From Candidatus Hydrogenedentota bacterium (GTDB lineage Bacteria > Hydrogenedentota > Hydrogenedentia > Hydrogenedentales > SLHB01), in assembly GCA_963745075.1 (NCBI GenBank), contig CAVUWV010000023.1, positions 1 through 64,000 on the forward strand: a stretch of DNA of 64,000 bases. The letters are read 5' to 3'. Each line of letters begins with the position of its first letter. Positions within the stretch are counted from its first letter, which is position 1. The notes under the pieces were generated by a model that worked only from the letters and a program-made list of their open reading frames with translations, ran no database searches and was not told the origin of the DNA. Positions 29,616 through 39,462 of this stretch are shown here, in pieces. Made by a program: the position numbers and the translations under genes.

Positions 29616-30185
29616 TTACGGCGCGGCGCAGGAAGCGATTCCGATCAGTTTCGCCAGTTCTTCGATAGCCATGCGCCGGTCGATATCCGCTTCGTAGATT
29701 GCGGAGACCAGCTTCCGCGCGGCGCCGATATCTCCGCAGCCCTTGCCTCGGGAAAGCAGTTCGCGGCACGAATCGGGCATGGGGCCCCAGTTGCCGCATT
29801 CGGTGAACTGGTCGCTCAGGAACACGAATTTCGGGATGGCTTCGCCGCCGTTCGTCAGGAAACGGACGAAGACGTCGGGATGCTGTTCGCGGGTGATAAA
29901 GCGGAGTTTCACGTTCGGAGCCGCTTCCGCGAGGCGTTGCAGCACAGGCACGTGGCGCACCACGTCGCCGCACCAGTCCTCCGCGATGGCAATAACGTGT
30001 ACCGGCCGCGGCACGGCGCCGAGGAAGGCCGTCACCGGTGGTTCCAGGGATATGGCATTGCGGATGCCTTCCATCTTCCGTGCGTTGTCCTTATTCTCCG
30101 CCGCCGCGATCCAGGCAGAATAGTCCTGGCCGGAGTTGAAGACGGATTCCCAGTCTATTGTAGGCAATACAGGCGGGCGTGGCAT
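29616..30185 (-). CDS. Thioredoxin-like protein (Thioredoxin_9 type, WCGD)
   Basis: IAEDWCGD, TNGGEAIP, WGPMP. Confidence 0.85.
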   Translation of the reverse strand: MPRPPVLPTIDWESVFNSGQDYSAWIAAAENKDNARKMEGIRNAISLEPPVTAFLGAVPRPVHVIAIAEDWCGDVVRHVPVLQRLAEAAPNVKLRFITREQHPDVFVRFLTNGGEAIPKFVFLSDQFTECGNWGPMPDSCRELLSRGKGCGDIGAARKLVSAIYEADIDRRMAIEELAKLIGIASCAAP

Positions 30186-30319
30186 AGATGTGACTCCTTC
30201 TGGATGAACAATTGGGTATACCGTAAGAAACGGTGTGGGGATGGGTCTTTATTTCAGGTCTGTGACCGTCCGTGTCAGTCCGTGCAGGTCCGCGTCATCT
30301 CAGACTGAACGCACAAACC

Positions 30320-32161
30320 TCAGAAAATCTTCTCCACATACACGGTGTCGTCTGCTGCGAAATGCGCGTCCGCGGCGGCTTCGAGTCCGAGGCGGACGGT
30401 GCCGTCGCCGTCAACTTCTGTGATGCGCAGGTGGACGGAGCGCAGGCCGCCGAACCACCAGCGGCGGTCGCAGACATAAATGAGATCGCCGAGTTCGGCG
30501 TTCATGACATCCAGTGCGGATTGGGGAACGACCGCACCTTCGAACTCGGTCATCGATTCGTCGACGACGACGCGGAGGTGAGCGCGTTTGCCCGCGCGGC
30601 GATTCAGCGGTCCGCCCTTGAATGCGCGCATGGCGTCGAGTTGGGTGCCGGTCGTGAGACCGACGATAGTATCGACGGCGCGCGCTTTGGTAAAGGCCGT
30701 CACAGCCACACCGATGCCCGTGCAGATCGCGAGACCGTACAAGGCGCGCATGAATTTGTAGCTGTCGGGTCCCATGTCGAAGGCGAAGGGTCCAATCAGA
30801 CGCTGATCCCATCCGGGGACGAAGCTGACAAAGATCGCCAAGAGTCCGGCGGCCATGGTGGCGACCGCGGCGGCGGGCGTGTAGCGTTTCCAGAGTACGC
30901 CGAGGAGGATAGCGATGACGATGGGCGGCGTGACCGCGGCGGTGAACATGGCGTGGGCGTTGTAGATGCTTTTCGACGTCATGAAAACGGGCACGAGTGC
31001 GATGCCGAGCAGGCAGGTAGAGACACTGCTGAACCGTGCGACGACGAGGTAATGGCGGTCTTCGGCGTTGCGATGCACGTAGGGGCGATAGATGTCGTTC
31101 ACGAAGATGGCGCTCACCGCCGTGATCAACGTATCGGCCGTGCTCATGAGCGCCGCCGTCAACGCGGCCAATACGAACCCGAAGATCCCGGGGGCGCAGA
31201 GGAAGTGGGCAGCGTCGATGAAGGCGTCCTTGCCTTCGGTGGTGAGTTCGCCGTTCTCGACGAGGGCCCGCGCGATCCAGCCGCCGCTGCTGACCGTAAT
31301 CGCGGCGAGGGGCGCCAACACGAGAATCCAGAAGACGGCCATCTTCCGCGCGTCGTTCACGGTGCGGATAGCGAGGAAACGCATGATCATGCCCTGGTTC
31401 ATGAGCACGAAGGCGCCGGTATTCGCGAGGCCGTCTTGGGCGTAGATCCCAACGAAGCTGAACTCGTCCGGGTGGTTGAACTCGGAGAAGGCGAAGCGAT
31501 GGGACTGGGGCAACAAGGCCCAGAAATCGCCGAAGCCCCCGAGATGATAAATTCCGACGGCGAACAGACCGAGCCCGGCGATAAGCAGGATCATGCCCTG
31601 GGCGAGGTCCGTCATGATCACGGAGGTCTGGCCGCCCGCGAACATATAGAGCATGACGGCGAATCCAGCCGCGACGGCTCCGGCCATGACCGGCCAGCCG
31701 AGGAGCGTGTTGAGGGCCTGCCCCAAGGTGTAGAGGTTCACGCCCACGTAGCCGACGAGATACAGCAGAATGAGGCCGGTGGCGGCCATCCGCGCGCCAG
31801 TGCCGAAGCGGCGCTCGAAATATTCCGGTATGGATTGGATCCGGCCGAAATAGATGATCGGCAACCAGACCAGCAACAGAATCGGAATCCAGAACCAGTC
31901 GTTAAGATAGGCCTGCGTGCTGCTGATGCCATATTTGAAACCGACTTGACTGTATTTAATGAAGCTGTAACTGCCGACGGTCGTGGCGATGCTCGAGAAC
32001 GCAATGAGCCACCAGGCGAAGCGTTGGCCGCCGAAGAAGAAATCCTTCGTGCTGCGCGTGTACTTCCCGAACCAAAGCCCAAACCCGACGACACTCAAGA
32101 AGTACGCGACGATCACGAGATAATCGAGGGGTTCGCCCTTGAGGTGCTGGGTCTCAATCAT
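30320..32161 (-). CDS. Sodium:solute symporter (SSS/SLC5) with C-terminal soluble extension
   Basis: DFFFGG, SIPEYFERRF, GGQTSVIMTD, AALMSTAD, FVNDIY. Confidence 0.92.
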   Translation of the reverse strand: MIETQHLKGEPLDYLVIVAYFLSVVGFGLWFGKYTRSTKDFFFGGQRFAWWLIAFSSIATTVGSYSFIKYSQVGFKYGISSTQAYLNDWFWIPILLLVWLPIIYFGRIQSIPEYFERRFGTGARMAATGLILLYLVGYVGVNLYTLGQALNTLLGWPVMAGAVAAGFAVMLYMFAGGQTSVIMTDLAQGMILLIAGLGLFAVGIYHLGGFGDFWALLPQSHRFAFSEFNHPDEFSFVGIYAQDGLANTGAFVLMNQGMIMRFLAIRTVNDARKMAVFWILVLAPLAAITVSSGGWIARALVENGELTTEGKDAFIDAAHFLCAPGIFGFVLAALTAALMSTADTLITAVSAIFVNDIYRPYVHRNAEDRHYLVVARFSSVSTCLLGIALVPVFMTSKSIYNAHAMFTAAVTPPIVIAILLGVLWKRYTPAAAVATMAAGLLAIFVSFVPGWDQRLIGPFAFDMGPDSYKFMRALYGLAICTGIGVAVTAFTKARAVDTIVGLTTGTQLDAMRAFKGGPLNRRAGKRAHLRVVVDESMTEFEGAVVPQSALDVMNAELGDLIYVCDRRWWFGGLRSVHLRITEVDGDGTVRLGLEAAADAHFAADDTVYVEKIF

Positions 32162-32385
32162 GGCGCGACCGCGTTACCGGGCAGGAACGGCAACCAGAAG
32201 GTGAAGGCGCAGTAGAAGACGAGCAGTCCGGCGAACCCGGCGGCGATCATGGCAATCATGCGTCGATCGCGGGAATCCGTGAGATCGAGGTAGCCGCTGC
32301 TCACGCCGCACCAGATACCGATGGCGCAGAGCACGGCGCCCATGCCAAATTCAACGACGATTGGTAATACGCGTTCGATTCCCAT
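32158..32385 (-). CDS. Small 2-TM protein coupled to the SSS gene
   Basis: ATGA overlap with the symporter start; two hydrophobic helices. Confidence 0.7.
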   Translation of the reverse strand: MGIERVLPIVVEFGMGAVLCAIGIWCGVSSGYLDLTDSRDRRMIAMIAAGFAGLLVFYCAFTFWLPFLPGNAVAP

Positions 32386-32467
32386 GGTCCGCCCGCCCCT
32401 CTTGCCCACACGGTGGAACGGGTTGGATGATAACGGCTGCAAACGGGATGGCGCAAGCCCTCCCCTT

Positions 32468-32523
32468 TTCGTAATCGTAATCGGTCTTCCGTTGGGATTT
32501 GGTGCTTCGATTACGATTACGAA
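32468..32523. repeat. 16-bp perfect inverted repeat built from the CGATTA hexamer
   Basis: ttcgtaatcgtaatcg - 24 nt - cgattacgattacgaa. Confidence 0.85.
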
Positions 32524-32632
32524 CGGGAGGGAGAACGGTAACCCGCAAACCTTCGGTCACGGGCGCTGTTGTCACGGAGCGGGCGTTGTGTACAATGGCA
32601 CGTTTGAAGGCTCGCAAGGGAGTATTAGCTTC

Positions 32633-35331
32633 ATGCTTACCGTTTTTGCCGCTATGTTGATTGCATCGCAGTCCGCGCTGGGGGCCGTGGTCGAAGAAGA
32701 CACGGAGGTCCAGGGGACGTATACCACATTTCGCGTGGCGCCGGAGGCCGGTGCAGGCGTGGAATGGTTCGGCTCGTCCGTTTCCAAAGTGAACAACGCG
32801 GGCGGCGAAGGGCTGCTCCTGGAAGGGTTCGGCGTCGGCAATTTCTACGTGCCCAACCGGCGGTTGAACGAGAAGCTGGAAGTCGTCGATTCCATCACGG
32901 ACCGGCCCGTGCTGCGGTACAGCTACGACTGCGACGGTCCGAACATCCGCGGGCTTCGCGTGACGCGCACGATGGAACCAATGCCAAACGAAGCCTCGAT
33001 TCGGGTGACGTGGAAAGTCGAGAACAAGGGCGACGAAGATCAATGGGTCGCGCCGTGGGTACGTAACGAGATCCGTCCCGGCGGGACCTTCGAGGTGCGG
33101 GATCGCATGGAACTCGCCACTTGGGAAGGCATCATCAATGCCCAGCGGAGCGGATACCACGTGGCATCACGCAATTGGGTGGCCGCAACCGACCCAGCGG
33201 TGAAGGAAACGCTGTACGCCGTGTTCGATGCGGACCAGACCCATTCCTTTCTCGCGGAACGCAACGAGGACGCGCCGTTTTGTGCCTTTCAGACCGCCTT
33301 CGTCCCGCGGTTGATGAAGGCCGGTGATGCGTTCGAGACGGTATACCGCGTCAACGTGGTGCGCGGACTCACCCACGTCAACTTCGCGACGGACGAATTG
33401 GCGGCGCAGGTCGATTATGAAAACGATACCTTGAGTCTGCTGCTCGCAGCGGTGAAACCCATGCCGGGACTTCCAGATCGAAGTGAGTCTGCTTGCGGCC
33501 AACGGCAAAGTCTGGCATCTGCCAAAAAAGAAGTTCGACATCGATCCCAATACCGATCATTCGGTGCAGCTACGACTGGAAAGCGCCCGGCGACGGGACC
33601 TACCAATTGCTGGCCCGGCTCACGCGGGACGGAGATGCCGTCGCCCTCGGCAAAGACACCCATTCCCCCCACGGCGGTATCGACACGCAGTTCACCGTCG
33701 GCGATGGGAAGCCCGACGATTTCGAGCCGTGGACCGATGCGCCCTTCGCGCTCGAACGCGGATCGCGCACGCTGAAACGGCAGTTGGCGATTCCCGGCGA
33801 CACGGCGATCTGGTTCGAGAGTTCGCTCGAGAAGATTTTCCCGGAAGACGTGCCTCAGCGGGTGGGCGAATACCGGGCCATTGCAAACCTATCGCTGGCC
33901 GCGAACGAGAGCGAGTCGTTCCAGGTGGTACTGCGGCCGCCGAAGGGCGGTGACTGGCGCAACGTAAACGTGCGCGCCATGGATCTGGTGAACGCGGAGG
34001 GCGGTTCGCGCATCCGCGCGTCAGACATCGCGCTTCACACGGTGGCCTATTATCCGGTTCGGATTCCGACGCACTTCGAAGGCCCCACGGGCACGTGGCC
34101 GGACGCGCTGCCCGATTTGGAACCCTTTACCGCACCGGGTGGGAAATCCAGTCCGATCTGGATCACGGTTCAGGCGCCCGCGGGCACGGCGCCGGGGAAC
34201 TATGAGGGGTTTCTGGAGCTGACCGCGAGCGGCCGCGATCCGATTGAGTTGGGATTGCGCGTCACGGTGTACGATTTCGAGTTGCCGCAGACACCGAAAC
34301 TCAAAACCGATTTTGGATTCTGGAAGGAAGAGGCGGAGACGCTGTGCAAGCGCATGGGCTACGCGGGCGGCACGGAACAACTCTTCGACGCGTATCTCGA
34401 AAGCGGGCTCGATCATCGCGTGACCTTGCGCGGGCTGTGCCAGTTTCCGGCGGAGAGCGCGGACTACGAGGCGAGCCTGGCCGCGTACGAGCCGAAATTA
34501 CGCGACCTCCTGAACCGAGGCGCCAGCACCATCGCCGTACCCGCGTCGTTGCTGGACGTTCCCGAGCAGCTTACCCTGGCGAACGCATTCGTCGAGAAGC
34601 AGAATGTCGGGGATCGGGTGTTCTGTCAAATCGCCAACGAGCCCGAGCGACCGGCGTGGCCGCGCCTGTTCGAAACCATGCAGCAGTGGCGGGAACTCGC
34701 GCCCAACATCCCGCTCATGTTGACGACCTACGGCACGCAACCCTTCTTCCACGAAGCGGCGGACATCTGGGCCGTTCATTCGCCCGTGATGGACACGGTG
34801 AACAACCGCACCATCCTCGATCGAATCGCCGCGGGCGGTGCGGTGTGGTGGTACGTGAACAACACGCCGCCGCGACCCTATGCGAATTTCTTTGTCGATT
34901 TCGCCGGCATCGAGCATCGTATCTTCTTCTGGCAAACCTGGGCGTTGGGCATTCAGGGCGTGTACTACTGGAACGCGAACTACAGCGAACCCGGCGTGAA
35001 TCCCTGGGTCGATCAGCTCGACATTACGCCGACCAACGGCGACGGATTCCTGATCTATCCCGGCCCGAACGGTCCGGTCAGTTCCATCCGCTGGGAAATC
35101 ATCCGCGACGGGATCGACGATTACGACTATCTCGTCCTCTTTCGCGACCGCATGAAGAAATTGGAGGAGCAAGGCGGGCATGAAAACCTGCTTAAACAGG
35201 CGGCGGAAGTCTACAACCTGAAAGAACTCGTGCCGGATTTGGTTACGTTCTCGCGGGACCCGAACGTCCTGCTCAGCAAACGCGACGCGTTGGCCCGGAT
35301 GATCGTGGCGATGGATAAGGTGTTGAAGTAG
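32633..35331 (+). CDS. Large secreted protein with C-terminal DUF4091/GH123-like domain, frameshifted around 33475-33560
   Basis: Signal peptide; NESESFQVV, WPDAL, VWWY, GVYYW, NGDGFLIYPG, SSIRWEIIRDGIDDYDY. Confidence 0.8.
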
Positions 35332-35390
35332 ACACAACGCACTCCAAAGGGACCCCGTACTGAGGCTTGCTCCCAATAGCGAAAGCGATT

Positions 35391-36551
35391 TTATGCCGGC
35401 GTAATTCGCCCGAGCACCACGGGTTGTTGTGCGCCGGTGGCGTGGGGGACGTTCGAGGCGTTGCCGCAGAAGAGTTCGTTGCCGAGGATGGCGGCCCCGA
35501 TTGGATCAAGCGACATATGGGGAAGGCCGTAGTCGTCGCTGATGCGGACGGTGATGTCGCCGAGGCCGCTTTTGACGCGCTGGACCAGGGCCTTGTTGTT
35601 CACGCCGCCGCCGCTGAGGATGACGCGGGAGACTTTGTACTGCGGCTTCACGAAGCGGTTGTAGGCCCTTACGATGCAATAGCTTACGGCGGAGGTCACG
35701 GTCGCCATCAAGTCGCCGAGCGAATGTTCCGTCCGCCCGACGAGGGCGTCGCGCAAGTAGACCTCGGGACCGAATTCGTCGCGGCCGGTCGTCTTGGGCG
35801 GCACTTTCGCGAAGTACGGGTGGTCGAGGAGGAATTCGAGAAACTCGTCGATCACAACGCCTTTCGCGGCGGCTTCGCCGTCCTCATCGATTTCCTGGTT
35901 TCCGCTGGTGATATGCCGTACGGCGCCGTCAATCACAACGGTGCCCGGTCCTGCGTCGAAAGCGATCGATTCATCGAAGTTCGGCGTGATGACGGAAATA
36001 GTACTGATGCCGCCGAGATGGATGCGGGCGACGGACCGGTCTTCGCGGGAAAAGAGCACGTAGTCCGAGTACGTGAAGATAGGGCCGCCCTGTCCGCCGG
36101 CGGCCATGTCGCGCGCACGGAAGTCGGATGCGACCGGGAGTTCGGTTCGCTCCGCGATGATGGCCGGTTCGCCGACCTGCAACGTCCCGATGGCCTGATC
36201 GTAGCCGCGGGGCGCGAAATGGGCGACGGTAAAGCCGGTCGAGGCGACGAAGTCGACTTCGCACATCTCGGATTGGGCCAGGCGGATCATCTCTTGTGTG
36301 GCGTCGGCGAGAAACTCGCCCAACTCGAAGTTCAGGAGACAGACTTCCCGCACGTGTTTCTTGCCCACGATGAGCCGCGTGCGGAGTCCGGATGGGTACG
36401 GAAAATGACGGGACTTAATGAGCTTGATGTGCAGCCCGTGGCCGCTGCCTTTGATGCGCACGAGCGCCGCGTCTACCCCACGCGCGGCAGTCCCGCAGGT
36501 CAGCCCGATGGCGAACCGCGTCGCTTTACGTGAAATCGCCTGGAAAAGCAT
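35391..36551 (-). CDS. anmK: Anhydro-N-acetylmuramic acid kinase-like protein (divergent motifs)
   Basis: DFRARDMAAGGQGGP, FDAGPG..ID, PPKTTGRD, GGGVNN; in an operon with murQ. Confidence 0.85.
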   Translation of the reverse strand: MLFQAISRKATRFAIGLTCGTAARGVDAALVRIKGSGHGLHIKLIKSRHFPYPSGLRTRLIVGKKHVREVCLLNFELGEFLADATQEMIRLAQSEMCEVDFVASTGFTVAHFAPRGYDQAIGTLQVGEPAIIAERTELPVASDFRARDMAAGGQGGPIFTYSDYVLFSREDRSVARIHLGGISTISVITPNFDESIAFDAGPGTVVIDGAVRHITSGNQEIDEDGEAAAKGVVIDEFLEFLLDHPYFAKVPPKTTGRDEFGPEVYLRDALVGRTEHSLGDLMATVTSAVSYCIVRAYNRFVKPQYKVSRVILSGGGVNNKALVQRVKSGLGDITVRISDDYGLPHMSLDPIGAAILGNELFCGNASNVPHATGAQQPVVLGRITPA

Positions 36552-36584
36552 TGTCTCCTTCCGCCCGCGCCGGGTGCCGTGCGT

Positions 36585-38297
36585 TTAGTTCAGGGAATCG
36601 AGCAAGGCGCTGCGGAAGTAGTGCAGCACAATGTCCCGGTACCCCGCGCCGGCCAGAGCCATACCCCGAGCGCCATACTGACACAATCCTACCCCATGGC
36701 CGCGTCCGCCGCCAACAAAGGTAAATGCGACCGGCCCCTGTGCCCCCGATTCGGTCCTTATTTGTATCATGGCGCTGGGCAGCCCGCCAAATGCCTGGCG
36801 TATAGGCAGTTCCTTCCGGATGGTCACGGTACCCCGAGTTCCGGTGACTTTGACCCATTTCAGCCGGCCGCTGACGCCCCGGTCGCCGGACTCGATGGCG
36901 CGAACGGTGCCCACGGCATAACGTTGATTGACCGATCGGGTCACCTCCGCCACGGTCAGGCGGCGGGACCACCGAAACCCCTGGGGATCGCTGCTGCAGA
37001 AGGCATTGGGCTGTGATTGCAACCACTTAGCGAGATTTGAGGACGGCGTCGCGGTGGGGATGGTGCCCCGGGGGAAGTCGGCCACCCCACGCAAGCTCAT
37101 ATTCGGCGGGGACGACCACACGGCATCGTTGTCCTCCGTCCAGCCACCGCAATTCGAGCTGAACACGGCCGGGATGATTCGGACGCCATCGGTGAGCACC
37201 TGTCCCCGCGTCGCGGCAACAGCGGCGTCGGTGGAGGGCTGGCGTCCGCTGTATCCGGCGTAAACCCGATCGCCTTCGCTGTTCGTGAAATTGAACCCGG
37301 CGAGGATATGCTTCAAGGCCAAATGGGTGAGAACGTCGCTACGCGCGGCAACGGCCTGCGCTTTCAACGCTTCCAGCGGCCAACGGGCGGGCATCTCCGC
37401 GGGCAGCACCCCGGCGAGGTAATCCTCGACAGAGAGGGTCTCGTACACGCCGAGCGTCGCGTCGGGCTCGACGGAAAGGTCCAACACGCCCGCGTACGAT
37501 GCGCCGGTGCGGTCGCCGGGTTGGGTGATCCGGATCGGCGCAGACGAGGTGATGCGGACCGGTAGCGGCCATGTCATAATATGTCCTTCGGCGGATTTGG
37601 CAACGACGGACCCCGTGCCATCGAGGATGGTTTCGGGCCGAATCCACGTCCACACGCCCTCGCGTTCCAACGCAGCCTTCAAGGAGATGGCCTGCCCCTC
37701 TTGCTCGAACCGTTGGAGCGAGATCCACTGTTCACGTCCGTCCAGAATATGGCCGTCCGCCGTTCGATACCGGGTTCCCATTGCGACGGGTTTTGCAGGA
37801 TAGCCCTGCGCTTTCCAGGTATCCAGGAAGGCTGACATTTCGGCCGTTTCCTGGGGCCGGAAGGTCTTGATGAAAACATGAAAATGCTGACGGGGCGGGG
37901 TTGCCTGGGCGAGCGTGACGGTCCATGCGTTGCTCGGCAAGTTGATGGCGCCACCCGCGTGCTCGACGTGGAGCGTCGCCGTGCCGCGAATCCCGACCTC
38001 GCGAATCCCGTGAAAGAGGCGAATCCGGACCGGCGGATTGGCGGATGTCGTAAGTTCTTCGGGTTTCGGTTGCGCGACGGGTTCGGGCGCGGGTTTCGGA
38101 ACGACGGGCGGCACCGCCACGCTTGGCGGCGGGGGAGGCGGTTGCGGTGACCGGCAACCGGTCCACGCGATGCAGACTAGAAAGATGAAGAAGATGGCAC
38201 ATGGACGGACAAACGAATGCCGTTTGGGTCGTACAGCGTTACTGACGATGTACCGTCGAGAGTACGAGTGAAACACCTGTACCTGGACTCCACACAT
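36585..38297 (-). CDS. SpoIID/LytB lytic transglycosylase-family lipoprotein
   Basis: Lipobox WTGC; Pro-rich linker; YLAGVLPAEM..EALKAQAVAARS; GHGVGLCQYGA; start uncertain (the ORF extension to 38618 is repeat-derived). Confidence 0.9.
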   Translation of the reverse strand: MCGVQVQVFHSYSRRYIVSNAVRPKRHSFVRPCAIFFIFLVCIAWTGCRSPQPPPPPPSVAVPPVVPKPAPEPVAQPKPEELTTSANPPVRIRLFHGIREVGIRGTATLHVEHAGGAINLPSNAWTVTLAQATPPRQHFHVFIKTFRPQETAEMSAFLDTWKAQGYPAKPVAMGTRYRTADGHILDGREQWISLQRFEQEGQAISLKAALEREGVWTWIRPETILDGTGSVVAKSAEGHIMTWPLPVRITSSAPIRITQPGDRTGASYAGVLDLSVEPDATLGVYETLSVEDYLAGVLPAEMPARWPLEALKAQAVAARSDVLTHLALKHILAGFNFTNSEGDRVYAGYSGRQPSTDAAVAATRGQVLTDGVRIIPAVFSSNCGGWTEDNDAVWSSPPNMSLRGVADFPRGTIPTATPSSNLAKWLQSQPNAFCSSDPQGFRWSRRLTVAEVTRSVNQRYAVGTVRAIESGDRGVSGRLKWVKVTGTRGTVTIRKELPIRQAFGGLPSAMIQIRTESGAQGPVAFTFVGGGRGHGVGLCQYGARGMALAGAGYRDIVLHYFRSALLDSLN

Positions 38298-38314
38298 TTC
38301 CGGTCTGGCGGGTC

Positions 38315-38524
38315 GCCCCGAAGGGGCCGCAACATGACAGCCCAGCGCAACGCCCTGGGTAAAGGACGGACAAGAAGATAGAGCCCTGAAGGGGCGTAAC
38401 AAAGATGCGAAGGACGCGGCGGACATTGCAATTGTGTTGTAGCGCCCTTTCAGGGCTTCGCCTAATATGCGATACCAGCTACCCAGGGCGCTGCGCTGGG
38501 CTGTCGTGTTGCGGCCCTTCGGGC
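38315..38524. repeat. About 210-bp nested palindromic REP/MITE-like element (family B)
   Basis: gccgcaacatgacagcccagcgcaacgccctgggta..agccctgaaggggcg / cgccctttcagggct..tacccagggcgctgcgctgggctgtcgtgttgcggc. Confidence 0.85.
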
Positions 38525-38595
38525 CAGAATGTGGAAGGTCCGGGCGCGGGCGAGTACTCCGCTCGGCGAAAGGTGATTGCAAGCCGGTTGACTCC

Positions 38596-39462
38596 CTAAT
38601 CCGAATCCAGCGCGGCACGCAGGTTTCCTTTCGCGTTTATCAGTCGTGCTTCGGCCGTCTCGCGCGGAAGATTCAAGCGCGCCATGAGAACCGCCACCGG
38701 AATGCTATCGCCTGCCGTCTCCAAAAGTTTCGTCGCCGAGGTCTCGGTTTCACTCGTCAATGCGGCGACGATGCGGACGGCCCGTTCGCGGAGCTTGGCA
38801 TTCATGGGACGCACGCCGACCATGTACCCCTCGAACACGCGGCCGGACAAGGCCATTGCGCCGGTCGAGATCATGTTCAAGACCAGCTTGGTCGCGGTGC
38901 CGGCTTTCAGGCGCGTGGAGCCCGGCAACACTTCGGGTCCGGTGTCGAGGGCGATGACGCAATCGGCGGTGGCGGAGACTGTCGGGTTGCAGCACAGGAG
39001 GGCCGTATGCGCGCCGGACGCTTTGGCGTGATGCAATGCCGCGAGGACGTAGGGCGTGGTGCCCGATGCGGCGATGCCCACGACCACGTCGCGATCGTTG
39101 AGTTCAGGGGCGAGTGCATTGAGGTTCGCGACGGCGGCGGATTCGTCGTCTTCAGCGCCTTCGCCGCTCATGCGGAGTGCCACTTCGCCGCCCGCGATCA
39201 TTCCGACGACTTGTCCAGGGTCCACGCCGAAGGTCGGGGGGCATTCGGAGGCGTCGAGCACACCCAAGCGCCCGCTGGTCCCCGCGCCGATATAGATGAG
39301 ACGGCCGCCGGCGTTGAATGCGTCCGCGACCCGTTGCACGAGTTTCGCGATGGTGGGAAGCGTGTCCGTGACAGCTTCGACGGCTTCGTGGTCTGCCCCG
39401 GACATGCGGGCGGCGATGCCTTCCGCGGTCAACGTGTCGAGAGGCGGTTCGTGCGTCGCCAT
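38596..39462 (-). CDS. murQ: N-acetylmuramic acid 6-phosphate etherase (probably the C-terminal half of a kinase fusion)
   Basis: GAGTSGRLG, DASECPPTFG, GAED, GPEVLPGSTRLKAGTATK. Confidence 0.95.
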   Translation of the reverse strand: MATHEPPLDTLTAEGIAARMSGADHEAVEAVTDTLPTIAKLVQRVADAFNAGGRLIYIGAGTSGRLGVLDASECPPTFGVDPGQVVGMIAGGEVALRMSGEGAEDDESAAVANLNALAPELNDRDVVVGIAASGTTPYVLAALHHAKASGAHTALLCCNPTVSATADCVIALDTGPEVLPGSTRLKAGTATKLVLNMISTGAMALSGRVFEGYMVGVRPMNAKLRERAVRIVAALTSETETSATKLLETAGDSIPVAVLMARLNLPRETAEARLINAKGNLRAALDSD

